Shown piece by piece: positions 60,281 to 64,000 of a stretch of 64,000 nucleotides of DNA. This DNA is from Tetramitus jugosus (Eukaryota > Protista > Heterolobosea). Positions within the stretch are counted from its first letter, which is position 1. Each line of letters starts with the position of its first letter. Below the pieces are notes generated by a model. The model was not told the origin of the DNA. It made no database searches and saw only the letters and a list, made by a program, of their open reading frames with translations. The stretch spans positions 62,001 through 126,000 of the forward strand of contig OW569368.1 of the NCBI GenBank assembly GCA_937625935.1, given 5' to 3'. The position numbers and the translations under genes were made by a program.

Positions 60281-60353
60281 GGGGTCATGGCTCAGTTGGT
60301 AGAGCGCGTGCTTTGCATGCATGAGGTCCAGGGTTCGATTCCCTGTGGCTCCA
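60281..60353 (+). tRNA. tRNA-Ala (anticodon TGC)
   Basis: Full cloverleaf: acceptor GGGGTCA/TGGCTCC with G3:U70, D arm GCTC/GAGC, anticodon arm CGTGC-TTTGCAT-GCATG, T arm CAGGG-TTCGATT-CCCTG, discriminator A, and a TTTT about 12 nt downstream. Confidence 0.97.
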
Positions 60354-60399
60354 CTCTTTAGCTCTTTTGTGAATTTCCTGTGGCGTTGGAATCTTCTGT

Positions 60400-60820
60400 T
60401 GTTGATACTTTCCGAAAGTGTTGTTGTTTTGTATTCTTTCTCCGAAGCCATTCTTCATTTGAAACAACCCATCTGATGAAAGTAAGTGCGTCCTTTGCCA
60501 TCTGACCTAGCCTGACTCTTGCGTCTGGCCGTTCCGTCAGTGGTTGCCACATCACTGAAAAAGGTAAAGTGTATCGAGCAGCAGATCAAGATCTATCGTC
60601 ACAAGCTATTGGAACAAAGTAATTTCTCTGGAAAAAAGAACAAGCATACATTCACTAAGCTTATTACTCTTACTCCCAAAATAATAACACCATATTCAAC
60701 TGAAAAAATTTTAACAGACATTTCCAAACCAAAGAATGTGATTTTTCTGGAACCACTTGTATTGTGTTTATCACAATCTGTTTTCTATAATTACAGAAAT
60801 TACAAACTACATTTCCTTAG
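60400..60820. repeat. Degenerate unassigned repeat with partial copies at 55598-55682 and about 57394-57461
   Basis: Shared blocks ATTCTTCATTTGAAACAAC, ATTACAGAAATTACAAACTACATTTCC and CCAAACCA..GATTTTTCT..CTTGTAT.GTG.TTATCACAATCTGT. Confidence 0.7.
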
Positions 60821-61834
60821 CACACCGAGCTCATACTAAAATCTGCCATAAGGATCCATTGAGGAGATTCCTTTCTCTATTTCTTTCAGCTCTTCAATCA
60901 AGACTGAAAACGAGATATGGGATTCAGGATTTTCTTGTCCATTGATGAATATCATTCTCATTTACGACGGTGCCGTGGGTCAAGCAATTAAAAGGTTGTC
61001 TGGAGGTTGTTATGAGCAAGCAGAGTGAGAAGTAGCGAGAAACATTTTTGTTTTTTAAGTCAATTTACCAAAGGATAAGAGGTAAAAGTAAATTCAATTC
61101 ATTGAAGGTTGAGTAAAAAAGATGTCAATTTCGATATTTCGTTGACTTTTATGAATCTCAATTTCCATCTTCACAAAATCCGCGGGACTGTTGGTTGTTT
61201 CATTGACATTTTTTTCATGACTTCTGTTGTCTGTCCCTCTTCAATCAAGTGGATACCTTCAACTCTTTCGTCTAACTATCCTTGATGGACCCTGCAAGGG
61301 GTATATAGTGTTGTTGATTTGTGTAACGTGATGACTTGCTTCACATTTCATAAATTTCTTGTTTTTATTGGGTTGTATCTAATTGTAGGTATCAATAAGT
61401 AGTTCTGATGAGTTCAGAGTTTGATTTGATGCTTCGGTGTGAAAATTTTTTTATTAAACCCTTTTGAATTGGCCCAAAGTTTCACAGATTCGCTCGTCAG
61501 TTTCAAACGGATGATTCTTCTGGTGAATACCCCAAGAGATCTTTAATTCTTCAATAAGGTCGTCCAGACCAGTTTCGGAAACACTGGGAGAACTCATCTT
61601 CCTTCGTCTTGTTGGTGTAGGTTTGTTGATGTTGAAAAATGGCAAAGTTTTCCACTTTAGAATAATCTTACATTCAATTTCTCATTGAAAGTAACTATAA
61701 CGTTGCCTTTCATCTCCTCGCATGAATTATCGCCAAACGATCAACCCGAGATATTGTGTAAAATTTAACGTCTAAATTTATACAATGCAGAAAGCCAATA
61801 CACAAATCAAAACAATCAATTCGCCAGAACGAAC

Positions 61835-63387
61835 ATGTTCGATGGTTTATTGAAACTTGGGAACTTCGTAGCATCAAGGATCACACCTCTGAGTAGGCAA
61901 GGGAGACGTTTGGAAAAACTTTCGGGAACGTCCCTGAATGATGATGTCAACATACTGAACACTGCATTGGAGAGTACACTGGATAAGGACCACTTCATTT
62001 TTTCAACCATACTTCCCTCATCCATAAAAAAAGTGGCTTGTAACAACTCTTTCACATGGTACTTGTGCGAGAATGGTCATGTATACTGTCGTGGTCACGT
62101 GTCCAGAGTAATATTTGGCAAAACTACTCTGAATAATGCCATTTCTCAACAAGGTATCGAAGAGTTGAATCGAACATTCATTGTTCATGATGTAGTCTGT
62201 GGAGAGAATCATACCTTTTTCGTCTGTCAAGCCAAGATATGTGGCAAAGCCATTATTTTAACGTTGGGATCACAGGAACTCTATAGCTCAGGTTTGGGGT
62301 CATCGGCACCAGTGACTCGACCCATGGTTCATCCACAGTTAAATTGTGATAATTTCCCATCTGTTGTCAATGTGTTTTGTGGCCCACATACCTCTGCAGT
62401 TCTGTGTGCAGACGGATCTGTGTGGTTTGCTGGATGCAGTCGAGGAGGCAATCTGGGTATGTCGTATGATGAGTCTGATATTCATGCTCGTTCTCGTCAA
62501 CCACAGCAATTTCTGAAGGAGTTCAAACGATTTGAGTATATGAATTCGATACCTCATGCAATTAAGAGTATTGCTCTCGGTTACAACCACACCATATTTT
62601 TGACCGTGACAGGTCAGTGTTATGGAATTGGGATGAATGACTCGTATCAGTTGGGATTGGAGAATACACCCGAGAGGAATCGGACGAGCCACATACCACA
62701 CAAGATCAAGATACCATACGAATCTGTTATTGAAGATGTGAAATGTGGAAATAATCACACCATGTTTCTCGATTGTCAGAAGAGAGTATTCTTTTGCGGA
62801 CATAATTTCCATGGCGAGTGTGGACTGGATCCTGAAGCAGATCTGCAATGCCAATCAGTCAAAGAATCGCCGCTTATTCAACAGTTGGTAGATATGACTT
62901 CGAATCGAAAGGATGCACTGGATAGTATAGTAGATTCTGCTGACTCATGCTTGAAGGACACACCGAGTCGTATTCAGACAATTGCTGTTGGTTCGTGGCA
63001 TTCAATCTGCACCACCGATGACAATAGAATCATTGCATGTGGAAACAATTCTGAGAGTATGTACACTCAATGTTTTCATTGGGAAACAGCTAGTCCCTCA
63101 CTAACCTCTCGACAACAGATCAATTGTTTTTGGGTTTTCCTCGACTAGTGACTATTCAAAAAGCTTGTTTATTGAAATTATCGTTTGTTGAGGATAGGAT
63201 GAACATGTCCCGTGACTTGGAGATGAGGGTTGCATGTGGTCAACAACATTCTGTGCTATATTTCGTCAGAAGCAAAATGAAGTGTCAAGAATTCTGGAGG
63301 AATCTTCTGAAAGAGGTATCGAGAGGTAGTTTTTGCGACATGACAATTTGCTTTGGGTTCTTGGAAAATGAAAGTACTGCTCCATGA
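61835..63387 (+). CDS. RCC1-like repeat protein, 2 exons
   Basis: VVCGENHT, IALGYNHT, GMNDSYQLG, VKCGNNHT and IAVGSWHS repeats; intron at about 63061-63118; C-terminal FCDMTI. Confidence 0.8.
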
Positions 63388-63687
63388 ATTCTGAAAAGTA
63401 TCGTCTCCGTTTGAGATTGCTCTCTCGTTGTATAGTCTTTGTTTTGACGTTTGATTCGACGCCACTCGTGGATGCTTTTCCATCCAGGTTTCTCTCAGAA
63501 TTTTGTGGCCACTTCCTTCCTGATAGCTGCCAGAAAGAGCCTAGAACTTTGATTCCCTTCGTTCAAAGTAAAGCGATCATGGACCACGACTTCCACCAAA
63601 TCTCCGTTCCACCAAAGCCTGGAAATTCAGACTCACCAAAAAGAACTTCATCAAAAACCAACCACTGAAATCGAAAAGAGAAGAACA

Positions 63688-64000
63688 ATGGTTTGTGTCG
63701 GGTACGCATCCGCCATGCGCAGATTCTTTGAATGCACCCACAGACTGGATCCCACAAAAAAGGAAGATGATAGTGATAGTGATAGTGATAGCGATAGTGA
63801 GAGTGACGAAGAAGAAGAAGAAGCTCTTGAGGTCAAAGTTGAAGAAGAAGCTCTTGACGACGATGAAAACCAAAAGAACCTCTTGTTGACATCGGCTCAA
63901 GCTGAAGAAACTTCTCTGCTGCCCATTCTCAAATGTTGCAACTGTAGTGTTTCATTTGCAAGCAAAGACACTGTGATACGCATACCAAGTGCGTTTAGAG
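63688..64000 (+). CDS. Acidic protein with CxxC motif, runs off the window
   Basis: Not in the track. MVCVGY...DSDSDSESDEEEEE...ILKCCNCSVSFASK is open to the window end; weak resemblance to the start of a Yippee/CULT zinc domain. Confidence 0.45.
   Translation, partial: MVCVGYASAMRRFFECTHRLDPTKKEDDSDSDSDSDSESDEEEEEALEVKVEEEALDDDENQKNLLLTSAQAEETSLLPILKCCNCSVSFASKDTVIRIPSAFR

Noticed and set aside
60226-60288. N-terminus of the 507-aa track ORF (MTPHIKSV...KKKAQK)
   Set aside because: It comes from the tRNA antisense strand, flank and target duplication; the RT is 5'-truncated and has no real start here.
60950-61650. Degenerate coding-like stretch on the minus strand
   Set aside because: Many stops and no recognisable motif, so it cannot be assigned.

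Overview
Gene-dense nuclear DNA of a free-living eukaryotic microbe. Genes are separated by short spacers, carry short GT-AG introns with CTAAC/CTGAC/TTAAC-type branch points, and use the standard code. The family mix (RWP-RK, hybrid histidine kinase, Zn2Cys6, RCC1-like and F-box families, polyQ tracts) suggests a heterolobosean (Naegleria-like) host, which is inference only. Bases 1-53.4 kb and 61.8-64 kb hold about 30 host genes, including an eIF5A-like gene, ABCC transporter, aspartyl aminopeptidase, membrane-tethered bZIP, RPL13A, CTF4/WDHD1, MMAA, ARF, Sec1, MOB1, DnaJ, p24 and SEL1L. Bases 53.4-61.7 kb are a transposon island around one tRNA-Ala(TGC) gene. The main finding is a 5'-truncated non-LTR retrotransposon (58383-60225, minus strand) with a poly(A) tail and an ~18-bp target-site duplication. 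Its 5' end lies ~50-55 bp upstream of the tRNA and faces it, and it is stacked head-to-tail on an ORF1-like remnant. A second element end with the same hairpin-AATAAA-hairpin-poly(A) layout and two more ORF1-like remnants lie nearby, among decayed piggyBac-like transposases. This geometry matches Dictyostelium TRE5-type tRNA-gene targeting and may represent an undescribed tRNA-targeted LINE family in another lineage.
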